From Antedon mediterranea (taxonomy: Eukaryota; Animalia; Echinodermata), in assembly GCF_964355755.1 (NCBI RefSeq), contig NC_092677.1, forward strand, positions 11,492,101 through 11,556,100: 64,000 nt of DNA, given 5' to 3'. The notes below the pieces were generated by a model. That model ran no database searches. It was given only the letters and a program-made list of their open reading frames with translations, and had not been told where the DNA came from. Below are positions 13,147 through 25,034 of the stretch, piece by piece; within the stretch, counting starts at the first letter, position 1; each line of letters starts with the position of its first letter. The translations under genes and the position numbers were made by a program.

Positions 13147-13995
13147 AAAATCCCTGTACTGTAGTACAGGGAAATTTTCAAAAAATCTCCAATTTTCGAC
13201 TTTTTTATTTGTTTACATAAATGGTTACTATAGCATAAAAAACATGCGCAGAGTCGAATAATGGGTTCTGCGCATGCCAATTGTGCTATAGTAACCAGTT
13301 TTATCGAAAAATAAAAAGGTCGAAAATTGGTCCTTTTTTGAAAAAATACCTGTACTATAGTACAGGTAAATTTTCAAAAAATCGCCAATTTTCGACTTTT
13401 TTATTTGTTGACATAAATGGTTACTATAGCATAATAAACATGCGCAGAGTCGAATAATGCGTTCTGCGCATGCCAATTGTGCTATAGTAATCAGTTTTAT
13501 CGAAAAATAAAAAGGTCGAAAATTGGTCCTTTTTGAAAAAATCCCTGTACTATAGTACAGGGAAATTTTCGAAAAATCGCCAATTTTCGACTTTTTTATT
13601 TGTTGACATAAATGGTTACTATAGCATAATAAACATGCGCAGAGTCGAATAATCTGTTTTGCATATAAGTTAATTATGCCATATCAACCAGTTATATTGA
13701 AAAATAATAAGGCCGAAATTTTTCCATTTCTTTGAAAAAACACTGTACCCTGAAATTTTCGAAAAATAGCCAGTTTTCGATCCTTTTATTTCTTGACATA
13801 ACTGGTTACTATAATTAATATGTGTAGAGTCGAATTATTTGTTCTGGCCATTTTATTTTTTTGACATAAAACGGTTACAACTATATTAAAATTTGACATG
13901 TGCAGTAATCACATGTGGTCTGTGCATGTTAAATTTTGACCCCCTTTTTTACACAAATGGTTACTTATACATAATTTGACATGCGCAGAATCATA
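13147..13995. repeat. ~195-bp palindromic satellite, right part
   Basis: Same unit and orientation as 7850-9280; period 195-196 bp (13221, 13417, 13612); degenerates towards 13995. Confidence 0.9.
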
Positions 13996-14143
13996 CATTT
14001 TTTGTTTTTTAAAATTATCTGTACAAAAAAATAAAAACAAAAAAACTTTTGACAGAGTACTTTAAAAGTGCATTTTTATGTGACAAATATAGCATTGCTA
14101 ATTTTATTATTCTCCCAAAAATATAAAAGAAATGCTGACTGTT

Positions 14144-15790
14144 TTATAAAAAATATTGTGCTCGAATTTCTTCATCGCCTTTTTTCTCTAGTTGTGTAAT
14201 ATTCTCACACGTAGGTTGCTCAAAAGATTCTTCCATATCCCACTCGTCTCTATATGGTTCACCCTTAACAATACAGAAGTTATGAAGCACACAGCAAGCG
14301 ATGACCATTTGGCCGACGTTACGGAGAGCATTTTCATTACGTTTTGCTAGTACGTGCCACCTTCCTCGTAGCATTTTCAACGACCTCTTTACCATATTTG
14401 CTTTAGAGAGTTTATCATTGAATTCTTGCTGTTTATCTGTATTAGCATCTGGAAATGGTGTGATCATCCAGTTTGTGAGTGGGTAACCAGAATCTGCTAT
14501 CAACGTCACTGGTGGTATATCTGTGCCACTTAATTCTTCAGTCACCTGCAGATTTTACAGAGAGCCATGATTACATTGAGAGTTGTAAAATCAACTAAAT
14601 AGGTACCTTTTAATTTTCTAATTTTCCAATAACCTAAGACCCACTGTATACTGTATGTAAATTATACATCAGCAATCGCTTATTTTTAAAGATGTATTGT
14701 CCCGGGCCTGAAAATGAATTATTTACCTTAAAAAATCAAATTGACTGGAAGTCAATGGTTTTTTGGTTAAACTGTTTATTTCTAATTGCAAGGTTTAAGA
14801 GAACATTTTTATAAAAACAGAGTAATTAGAGATTTACCTTTGGGAACAGCTCTTCATTAGTTCCTTTTTGGTACAACTTTGAATTTTTCAGAACCTCATT
14901 CTTTTTTATGTTCCCTGGCCATCCTACGTCAACATTTGTGAATCTATATTAAAAAATGAAATATAATAAAAAATTTGTTTGTTTCTCCTAAAAAAAACCC
15001 CCAATTCTCACAATGCATGAATCACGGAAATTTTTAAATGGACATATTACCTTAATTTATCGTCAGCTACTGCTTGTAGTACAATTGAGTGCCACCCATT
15101 TTGATTTTCATAATCATCAGGATGATCATAAGGCATTGCGATGGGTACATGGCTTGCATCTACAGCACCGGCACATTGCACAATGCCATATTTCTCTCTG
15201 AAGCCTCTTATCGTCTCTACAAGACGATCTCCTTCTGGCCAAATTATATATTCTTCACGTAACATATTCACAATTCCATTGCAAACTGAATTGACGTTCT
15301 TACAAGCTGTAGACCGTGCAACCCCGAAAAGTTTTGAAAGCGCTCGTAAGTTTTCACCTGTCGCTAATCTTGACAGAGCGATTGCGACACATTTATCAAC
15401 AGGCAGGTTGCGCCCAAATGGATTGTTTTGCCGTTGAATCAACCTCGTTAATGTTTCACAAAGATGTTCAAATGTTTGTCGTCTCATACGAAAGTGTTTA
15501 AGCCAATCTTCGTCGGTGAAATTTTCAAGAACGTTAACCCACCACTCATCACTTCGTGGTATAACCACCCGTTTAGGTATTGGAATGGTGCACAACCGAA
15601 GGTACCCATCCACCACAAGCTTTTCTTTTTTCTTCATATGCTGTAGGAATACCACTTTCCCAATATCACCGAATGGTGTTGGTCTCCTACCACAGGTACG
15701 AGATAACCGGTTCCTAACTATGTCATTGCTTGTATCAAATAAGTAAGCAGAAACAATAGTCATGACTTGGCCAAATTCTTCTTCATTCAT
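14144..15790 (-). CDS. PIF/Harbinger transposase-derived protein (HARBI1/ALP1-like), ~415 aa, probably catalytically dead
   Basis: Exons 15790-15051, 14943-14838, 14545-14144 splice in frame with no stops. Motifs: RSDEWW, HFRMRRQTFEHLC, AIALSRLATG..LFGVARST, GAVDASH, HSIVLQAVAD, FTNVDVGWPG, ADSGYP, FN..LS, GRW, ACCVLHNFC. Third catalytic Glu position reads Lys (VKRS). AATAAA about 35 nt after the stop. Confidence 0.9.
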
Positions 15791-16189
15791 TGTACTCCTG
15801 TGTATTTAGTAACTATTCTACATAGACTGTGGCACACTCACAGAGAAAGCAACACACTAAAACAGGCAACAGTGTAGTCTAGAGTAATATAATTCTCTAA
15901 GCCATGTGTTAAACTGAAATACTGTGGCTGTACTGCTATTCAAACAACAAGCAAGTATGTACTACTGTATAAATAGAGTACAACTGCTAAATCCATGCTT
16001 CAATGGTTCTATGAAGCTTAAGTAACCAATCACAGACTTGCATTCTTATCAGTTAGTTGACCTCAACAGGATATCAATAAACATCACAAGCTGACCTCAT
16101 GTTACACACAAGCATGGTGGCACTCATGGTTTGATGTCACAAACTAAATTCTTTGTTTTCTTTTACTTGAACAGAAATTCAAAATTACA
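15791..16189. promoter_or_regulatory. Compact divergent promoter/5'UTR region of the transposase-like and Myb/SANT-like genes
   Basis: ATGs are 400 bp apart. Donor CAA|gtatgt at 15955 and acceptor ttgaacag at 16174 imply a 5'UTR exon of the Myb gene ending only ~165 bp from the transposase ATG. Confidence 0.5.
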
Positions 16190-19100
16190 ATGAACTGCAG
16201 TGTCTGGCATGAAGATGCAACATTTGCATTGATTAGCATATGGGGAGATTCAAAAATCCAGGATGGATTTGACGGCACCAGAAGAAATGCATCTACATAC
16301 GCCACCATTCAAAACCGACTGAAACAATTGGGCTACCATTTTCAAGTTAGACAAGTGATAAACAAATGTAAAAGTTTACGTAAACAGTATCATATGATCA
16401 AAGAGGAGCACAAGAAGACAGGATCTGGGCCAATGCATTGGCTGTATTTTAACAAAATGGATGCTGTATTCTGTAAAGAGCGTGAAAGGAAGAAAAAAGT
16501 AGCATCACCACCAGCAGTAGCAACCAATTCTGAAGTCTCGTCAGCAGTAGCTGGATTGGGTAGCAGTAATTTTACAGAAACTGATGCTGTTTCAGAATGT
16601 AGTGGTATGTATTTATCATAATGTGGGCAAGTAATAATGTGGTTGTGACATTCATTATGGGCAAACGGTAAACCTCACAGGAAAAAGGAATTTAACTTGA
16701 TAAGTCATAAAAGTAGTAAATACTGTACCTTGTTAAGAAAAAAATAATGTTTTTTATAATATTTGTACAACTCTGGGTATTCAAAACAATTCATTTTACA
16801 ACACTGGAGATCAGTAATTGGATAACAAGGGATAATGAAACAAAAAGCCATTACATAACCTTCAGTGCATAAGCAGGAATCTCAAGGTCACTTAAGGATT
16901 ACCCTCCTTTCTTCCTGATGGTTTTGTCATCATCATAATCAAGTTACAGGTCTCTTGCATTCCATTAAAGGGAATACATCACATCTGGGGTTAAAGTGAT
17001 TAAGAATAAAACAAATTTGACATTTCTTCTTTATAAGGAAGATAAATAGAGATAAAATATATAAAATAAACTGAACATGATATAACTATAAGCACGTCCA
17101 AGTACTGCACTCTTACATTTTATTTCATAAAAACCTACATACTAGATAGGGCATAAATGAGTATTTTCCAGTCTTCACTTTTTTAGAAACAATGTGTTTT
17201 AGGAATTTGTAAATGTATTTTATTATTATAGGTAATTTAAATCTGCTAATCAAATAAATAAAAGAAATATTTCTTACAAAAAACGCCGCTCATCTCACGA
17301 TAACTACTGTCTAAATGCATCTCAATATTTATCAGCAAATGTTTTCATAGACTCTTTTCCCCACTATGTGCAATCCCAGTTTCCAAATACCCATTTTTTC
17401 AGTCGTAGTATTAAACTATAAGCTACCGCATGGTAATTGTCTCCCAATGCTTCCGTTCTCTTGAATATAACTGCCTAAAGAGCGCGAAAATCACACAAAA
17501 TAAGTGATAAATAATACTAAACAAAAATTACAGTATTAATTTTTGCTTTCTGTTCTTTTTTAGATGTTTCATTTCCAGAACTTAATTTTTCATTGGATGA
17601 CGAGCCAGATCATGGTAAATTTGCATAAAATTTAAAAAAAAACCAGCAAAATTCCTTAATTAATTACACTTGAATTATCAATTTTAAAATCGTACACAAT
17701 CACATACGCAGTACTGCGGTTTTGTCCAAGGGGGCCTGTTTATACAACACGCTGAATCAACATGGTTCTATGTTGACGTTTTGTATAAACAGAAATGGGT
17801 TCTGTGTAATTACTAAACCACCTGGAAAGGCTACCTGAAAAAGCTACGTGAGGACCAGCCAGGTTGTAAGTAGCCAAAGGGGACAAGTTGCCCTTTATTA
17901 TAGCAGCAGACAGCCTACGCTCGTGAGTCTGAATACATTTCATCAAATCTACGCCCCTAGACAACAGGGAATTTTCTCTAGGATCTTTTATTTTCAATTT
18001 TCTTGGGGCAGTAGTAATTTTTAGTAAGACTTTTACCAGCTACATATTTAAAAATATCAATCATTTTAAATTTGTTTATCAATAGATGACGGGGCTGGCT
18101 CATCAAAAGATGTGGAAATTAAAGAAGGTGTGTATATATTTTGTTTACTGTAAAAAGAAAAAGAAGCAGTAATTCCTGTATACTTCTTTTATGGTAAAAA
18201 AAACTAACAATTTTTATTGTGAACAATAGATGCTGAAGGCTTTTAAAATAGCACCCTCTATGTTTGGTTGTATTTATAAACAATAATATAAATAGCACCC
18301 TCTATGGTTTGGTTGTGCTTTTATGCTGTTTCCAGATATTCAATTTTCCAAACCTCTGCTTAAAACTGAACTCAATACTTGATTTGATTTTAAACTACTG
18401 AATGGTGGAGTGTTTTAATGTTAAATATTTTTAAAATAAATTTGTTATTAATATTATGTCATTGTAGATGTTGGCCAAACAGAAGAAAGTGAATTTTCAG
18501 CTCAAAGTAAGTAGTAAAGTGTTTAGCAGTAAAGCTAAACATAATAATAAATGAGAAACCACCTTGTTATTTTTTTTTCTCTCTTTTGTGTCATTAACCA
18601 CAACTTTTATTCATTTCATCTTCAATACAAGGATTTTATGACTTCCCAATATCCCTCGTTATTTTCTTATACCTTCTTGATATTTATACTTTGTTTTATC
18701 TTTTTATTTAATATAGTTATGTTTTCAGAACTGGCAACTAACCAACAACCTGAGGAAACAGTGGACGCCGCAGCTCAAAGTAAATATTCTATCATTTTCA
18801 AAGAATTAGATCTAATTGTAAACATATTCATAAGAAGCCGTAATAAGCTTCATACTAGGGTTCTGGGTTCCAGAAAGAGTTTTGACTTAAAGCCCCATTC
18901 CCTACGTTTTTTAGATCTAATTTAAGATCACAAACTATATTTAATGTAAAAATAATACTATATGGTCCTATTGCGATAACTTTTTTCGTCTTTAAACGGT
19001 TAAATTGTGAAAAATAAATCGATTCTAATAATTATAGCGGCCCGCTATAAATCCCAAAATGCATTGCGCGCGGATTGATATTTTTGTTTTTCACCTGTAA

Positions 19101-21255
19101 TTCGCCCACTTTTCGATCGATCGTGAAGCCAAAACAAATGGAAGACTCCAAACTTTTCAGCGAAAATACCGGGTTTTCCCCAATTTGTATCAACGGAGTC
19201 TGGCAAAAATAGAAAGACAATTAATGCAGCAACTATACAACGTCAGGCTAGGTATATAGCTAGCATACGATGTACGTTATCGATGTTTACCAGCTAGGCC
19301 TACAAAACTAAGCCTAGCTAGGCTAGGCCTAAGACCGTCCACGAGAGGTCGATCGCCGCGAGCTACTTAGGTAGTGCATTGTTTCTCACTTTTTATCATA
19401 ATTTACCATAAAACGTACATTTAAGACAAGGAATGACATGGTTTAATGTTTTTAAAGTGATATATATGTATTATTTTCCAAAAAACGTCCAAAATTGCAG
19501 GGAAAGGGTCTTTAATATTAGTAAAAAGATAAATATTTTGGCACATATGGCGTTTCACAAGCATACTACTTGAGCTTCTAACAAAAATTCGAAACGTTGA
19601 CTTTATAATAGAAAAAAAATATTCTGTAAATGTTATTTTAAAAAAATGTATTAAAAAAAAAAATATTTGTGCAATTTTTTAAATTTCAGGAAGTGCGAAA
19701 AATAACATGAAACGAAAACGTTATGCTGATTCTATAGGTAAGCCTTATTATAAATATTAGTTATTATACAAATAATGAATGTTTATGAGTGCAATGGTAC
19801 AAATAATGGCACGAGGTGAATGATGAAAGGTTATATCAACGAGGCAAAGCCGAGTTGATATAACCTTTCATCATTCACCAAGTGCCATTATTTGTACCAT
19901 TACACGAATACAAAACATTCATTATTTGTTTTATATAACATCTAGACGTTTTTTTTCCGTACACAAAAATGTTTCAAAAAGTACTATTTAACGATCGTTG
20001 AATAGTGCGTACTATTGCACGCCATGTGACCCACATTCGTCCAATCAAATGACAGGAATTTATATAGGTGTTATATAATAAATATTAATTTATATTAAAA
20101 TAATGCATAGTACAATACTTGCATTTAATATGGAGCTTTCAATTGCGACCGACGACTTAGCTAGGTCATGTCAATCGATGTGTTCCAATATCCTTGAATT
20201 AACACAACATACTTTTGTCATATCGGTCGTCACAAATAAAAATCTCCCTAATGAAATGTTCAACAACCTGATATTGATAAAGAAACATGGTATGGTCTAG
20301 AGGCATGGCAAATAAAAAAATTGTTTAACCTGCCGTAGAAGTCAAGTTAAAAGTACTAACTCAACATACAGGCACTGTATAGTGGATGGCTCTTCCAATA
20401 CAAGCTCTTATTTCATGGTTCGAAAATGCCTTGTGCTCACCCACATAAATAGACCTACTTAATTACTTGTCTGATCAGTTTTACCAAGTAATACAGAATT
20501 ATCTCTCGTACATATTGACCAATCGGGTTAGAGAATTCATATATATATATTTATATAAATTTACAGGATATTCAAAGAAACCAAAATACAATTCCTTGAT
20601 AAACAGCTTTGCAAACGCTATGCGGCAAGTGAACAGGGAGTTTGAAACCAGATTTTTTGAGCATTTGAGGGAGATGGAAAGAGAGAGGATGCACTGGGAA
20701 GAATTGAGAGAAGAAAGAGAAGAGAAAAGATTACAGGCTCAAGAAGAAAGAAATCACGCCAGACAGATACAATTTCTACAGGCAATCAATAATATCTTCC
20801 GACCAAGTGCAGAAACAAAAAGATCCAGCCAGGCATCAACGTCGAAGCCTCAGCAGACTGGGTTACAAACGGCATCAATGATTTCCACAAACTATGAACA
20901 CATTAGAAATTTTTCGTATGCTCCCCCATCATCAATTTACGATTATCAACAACCACTATCATCAATGGATACATCAAAGAGGAATGACAACCAGCCAACA
21001 AGATCAGACCAACCCCCTAGGCACCATCCTCCAGCATCATCCTCAGCATCATCATCAAGTAGTCAGCACCATGTTCACCGTCCCCAATACCAATCAACAA
21101 GTCAGCCAAATAAAACCAACCAATCAAAAACACCCCAACCTTCTACCTCTATTGATCAAACAGTAATTAAACATGAACATTTGCATGTACATCACCGTAC
21201 TAAATCTTCCTGTCCTAATGATCTTATGAATTACTTGGCACCGGCACGTTTTTAA
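16190..21255 (+). CDS. Myb/SANT-like (trihelix, Harbinger-associated) DNA-binding protein with coiled coil, ~444 aa
   Basis: Exons 16190-16604, 17564-17614, 18086-18127, 18468-18506, 18729-18779, 19690-19737, 20567-21255; all coding introns phase 1, frame open. N-terminus WHEDATFALISIW...RRNASTY..I..RLKQLGY..QVINKCKSLRKQY...W.YFNKMD. NLS-like KRKR; coiled coil EHLREMERERMHWEELREEREEKRLQAQEER; S/Q/P-rich tail. Small internal exons are less certain. Confidence 0.82.
18891..19511. mobile_element. Kolobok-like non-autonomous DNA transposon in a Myb gene intron
   Basis: Imperfect TIR agccccattccctacgttttt / aaaattgcagggaaagggtct, TTAA on both sides. Confidence 0.55.
19760..20080. mobile_element. 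Hairpin-containing interspersed repeat
   Basis: Roughly 70-bp arms around cgaggcaaagccgag (19767-19930). Its 3' half recurs at 48069-48190, with a diverged relative at ~44520-44760. Confidence 0.65.
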
Positions 21256-21866
21256 AGTACGTTTACTTATACTGTACTTGTGTTTGTGGTGCAGTCTCTG
21301 GGGGCTGGATGACATTTGGTGAAAACTACTAGGGTTAGGATTATACTTTGATTGCATGTATCGGTGTTTTCTCTCCAATTTTAGCCTAAATTATTAGTTT
21401 AGTGGGTGGGAATGTCTAGGCCCTATGTCCAGGCCTAGGGCCTAGCCTATTTCATAAATGAAAGTAAAGTTTTACTTTAGTCCAGCGATGATGATGCTTA
21501 AATAATAAATATTTTCTGCGAAATAGTTATCATTATCAATCAATGTACTGCCTCTCGTAACATCCTTCAGCAGCCAATACAACAATCTTATGTAAAATTG
21601 AACTGAAACAAATGTTTATAGGCCTAGCACCACTGTGTACTGTTCACTATAATAATATCTCTATGTGTGTACAGAGGGCCTTGCTATCTAAACCTAGCCT
21701 AGACTCTAGTAGTAGCTACTACTATAGCATTGCTGCTGACAAAGAATGTAAGAATTATTTTACTTTTATTTTAATATTAAATAACATAATATTTGTATTG
21801 TAAATGTCTGTGATTCTTTTCTATTATAGTAATAGTAGGCCCTAGCTAAATATAGTAGGCCTACAG

Positions 21867-22930
21867 CAGGCCCGTAGCCAGGGGGGGTTTTTATGGTTCG
21901 GGCGAACCCCCCCTTTACAGCGAACCCCCCTTAACCAACTGCGAACCCCCATCCCCGACATGCCCAATACCTCACCCTCATCTCCAAAAATCCTCCAAAT
22001 ACGTGCCCCACAGTACAAAAAGTTGTTTGTAAATTGAAAAATTCGTAAACTTGTTCGTGAACCTTCTTCTCTGTATGAGCGTCAACTAGTGATACGTGTC
22101 TGTAAATTTCTAAAAGCTGCAAATGAATTGCCGATTTTAACCTGAAAAATAAATGTTTGGTCCCTGCATGTAACATGATATTGACGCGTCTCATAGCGAG
22201 CTGGCGCACGAACGATTCGTACAAAGGACACCGCCAGACAACTGCGTACCTATAATTGTTTAGATCACTGGCAGTCAGGCAGCATGCATAAAGTATATAG
22301 CCTTCCGACGTACATCAGTATTTATGTGTGACTATGAAGTATAATGTATCATAGAGGATTATAGTGAATATTAATATTTTACACTATAATATCTATGGTA
22401 TCGATCAAGTACTGTAGTTCACATTATGGCATCCGATTATTTTTTTCTAGACCACCAGCCGATACGTACTAAAATGTATCAATATCACCTATTTACATAT
22501 TTATATTCCTCAACAAATTGCTGTAAATAAATATTATAGATAGAGCTAGCAAATAGCATTTGCCTTCACCCAGTGTGCTTTTTTCGGGGCTGCTCCTAGA
22601 TATACGTTCGCATTGAACTTGAACGCAAAACAAAATACGGAGTAAATGATCAAACAATCGGCGGTTCCGCACAGAGCACGCGCATCTAACATACGGCAAC
22701 AAATAGTTATCGTCATTTAAATTATCTACGTGTTTGAGAAGGAGGAAAAAAGTACGATCTTTTTGCTCATTGGTTATATAGCATGCTGCACGATAGTGTC
22801 TTTTCCGGCCATCTAGGGGTGTCATTTAACAAAATTCGCTTCGCATCAGGCTGGGGGAGGGGGGGGGGGGGGGTTGACCCAAATATTTAGTGTCCGAACC
22901 CCCCCTTGACAGATCCTGGCTACGGCCCTG
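21867..22930. mobile_element. hAT-like non-autonomous element
   Basis: TIR caggcccgtagccagg / cctggctacggccctg (1 mismatch), subterminal cgaacccccc repeats; no clean 8-bp TSD. Confidence 0.65.
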
Positions 22931-25034
22931 AGTAGGCCTAGTAGGCCCAGCCTAGTACCAAGCTAAATAGGTATTAGTACAGTAGGCCTAGCCCCAATAC
23001 CAACAACTTACAGTACTTCGTGTCGTGCCACCAAAATGTTCCCACAAACTGCTGTTTTTAGTACGCCCTCTATCAATATAAACGTATAAAAACTTTTTCA
23101 CATAAGGTGTTGGCCCGAAAAAATAGTAGCCAGCACGTGTAGTTAAAAAAAGCGCCAACATTTTCTGGTTTCGCATTGGCCGCTGTTACCGTTTTAATAC
23201 TTTTTTGAAGGAACCTGAAAATATGGATTGGTACAACAATTGAAGATGTCCCCCAATGAAAAATCAAGATTAATAAAATTTAAAAAGAATTTAAATAGGC
23301 CTAGCCTAATGGCGTATTAAAAAAAATCCAAACCCTTTTTTTCAATATTTTTAAGGCTGGTGACACACTCCCATATCTTCAGTTAGTTACTTTATGCCGC
23401 AAACGACACAAACAAACTTTTGCCAAAACAATCGAAAAAAAAGCCTATCCACTATTATTGATGATGCAGATCACATGATCATTTCTGCCCGAGTTTTTAG
23501 AAACAGACTTGATTTTCGACGTAAAAAATCGTACTTTTATTTAAAAATTTAAAAACTACGGATAGTAATAATAAAATAGGCTAAAAAACACAGTAAAATA
23601 TAATTATTTTAAATATGTTTTAAAATGGCCTGTTGATGTTGTCTCAGGCCGGCCTTGAGGGGTCACTATACTTATAAATTTAAACTTCAAATGTACTCCT
23701 AAACTTTAAAATTTACCCATAAATCATGGATCCTTCAAAATATTGGTTTTGATTGTTGGTTTAAAAAAATACGTCATCAGTAAAGCCTGTTAACAACACT
23801 GGGGGAATTCGTTCACGCCTGGTCTAAAAGTAAAGCAAGGAAAGCTAGTTGGTTAACCCAGACCAGTGCACAGAAATAAACAAAAAAAATACATTCGACA
23901 ATATAAAGCATCAAATAAGTATTGAGATAACTACTTATTAATTTATAATTTTAAATACTTTAAGTGCTTGTCTAAAAGTAGATGACCAAATAAGGAAATA
24001 TTTTTCATAATTCTCAAAACGAAACAAGGAAGCAAGTATTGCATTCAAAACAATTGATTTTACAGAAATCAACTAAAACAGCACATAAAAATTACCGCAA
24101 TTTGATAAATTTCAGGAAACTAATCGAGAAGCGATTACATTTGTAAATTGTTTAATTAATTTTTACTTTGAGGAAATTATCTTTTACAGGTATTTTAAAT
24201 TATTGAAAACTGCACAATTACATGATAACTATTTTTATCGAAAAAAAAGAAAGAAAATGAAGTAGTAATATGGGAGAAGAATAGTTGTATAACATATATT
24301 AAAATATGTTAATCCATGCTTTGCAACATTCGATTTTACAGTATACTAAAAACAAAACCAATTAAAATAAATTACAATTTTATAAATTTCTGATAATATA
24401 TTTTGCGAGGTCAATCACTGCTTTTGCACCACATAGGCCTACTTGAACTAACCAAAATCCCTGATTTCTAGTTACGATACGTACCGGTACATGAGCACAA
24501 TATGTTAGATTACTCGTCTGTTTACATAAAAGGACGGACTTGCTTTGATCAAATTTTAATCTGATTGGTTTAAATTCTGTTCCTTTGTGACTCCCATTCT
24601 AGCCCACTATTAGCTGTGCTTTCTACTAAAACAACTTCTACACGAATCGAAAGCGCACGAAAAAATATAGCTTAGTACTGTAGATGTATTTTTCAAAAAG
24701 TGACCCTTAAAACACCAATTGTTGATTGAGTTTTGGGATCCGGATTTAAATACCATATTTTGAAAGAATGATATTTTCTTGCCAGGAAGAAGGGTCCATG
24801 ATTCTGGTCTCGGTAGCCGTCAAAACATACCATTTTAACACTTATATAGGCCTCTACTACTATTGTTAACGCGATCTTTTTTTATAAAACCGTTTCGCAG
24901 AAATTTAGTCACTAAAAACTAGGCTTAAAATGAACCCACCGGACCGCCGAAGTTGAATCGTATCATTTTCACTCATTTATATTATAGATAATTTATTAAT
25001 AATATTTAATTTAAATAGATAGTTTACGTTCTAT

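Noticed and set aside
15013-15746. Plus-strand ORFs overlapping the transposase exon
   Set aside because: Antisense shadows of a coding exon with no recognisable features.
21867-22930. This TIR element as the terminus of the Harbinger gene pair
   Set aside because: Its two TIRs pair with each other, are CAGG/hAT-like, and have no counterpart left of the transposase.
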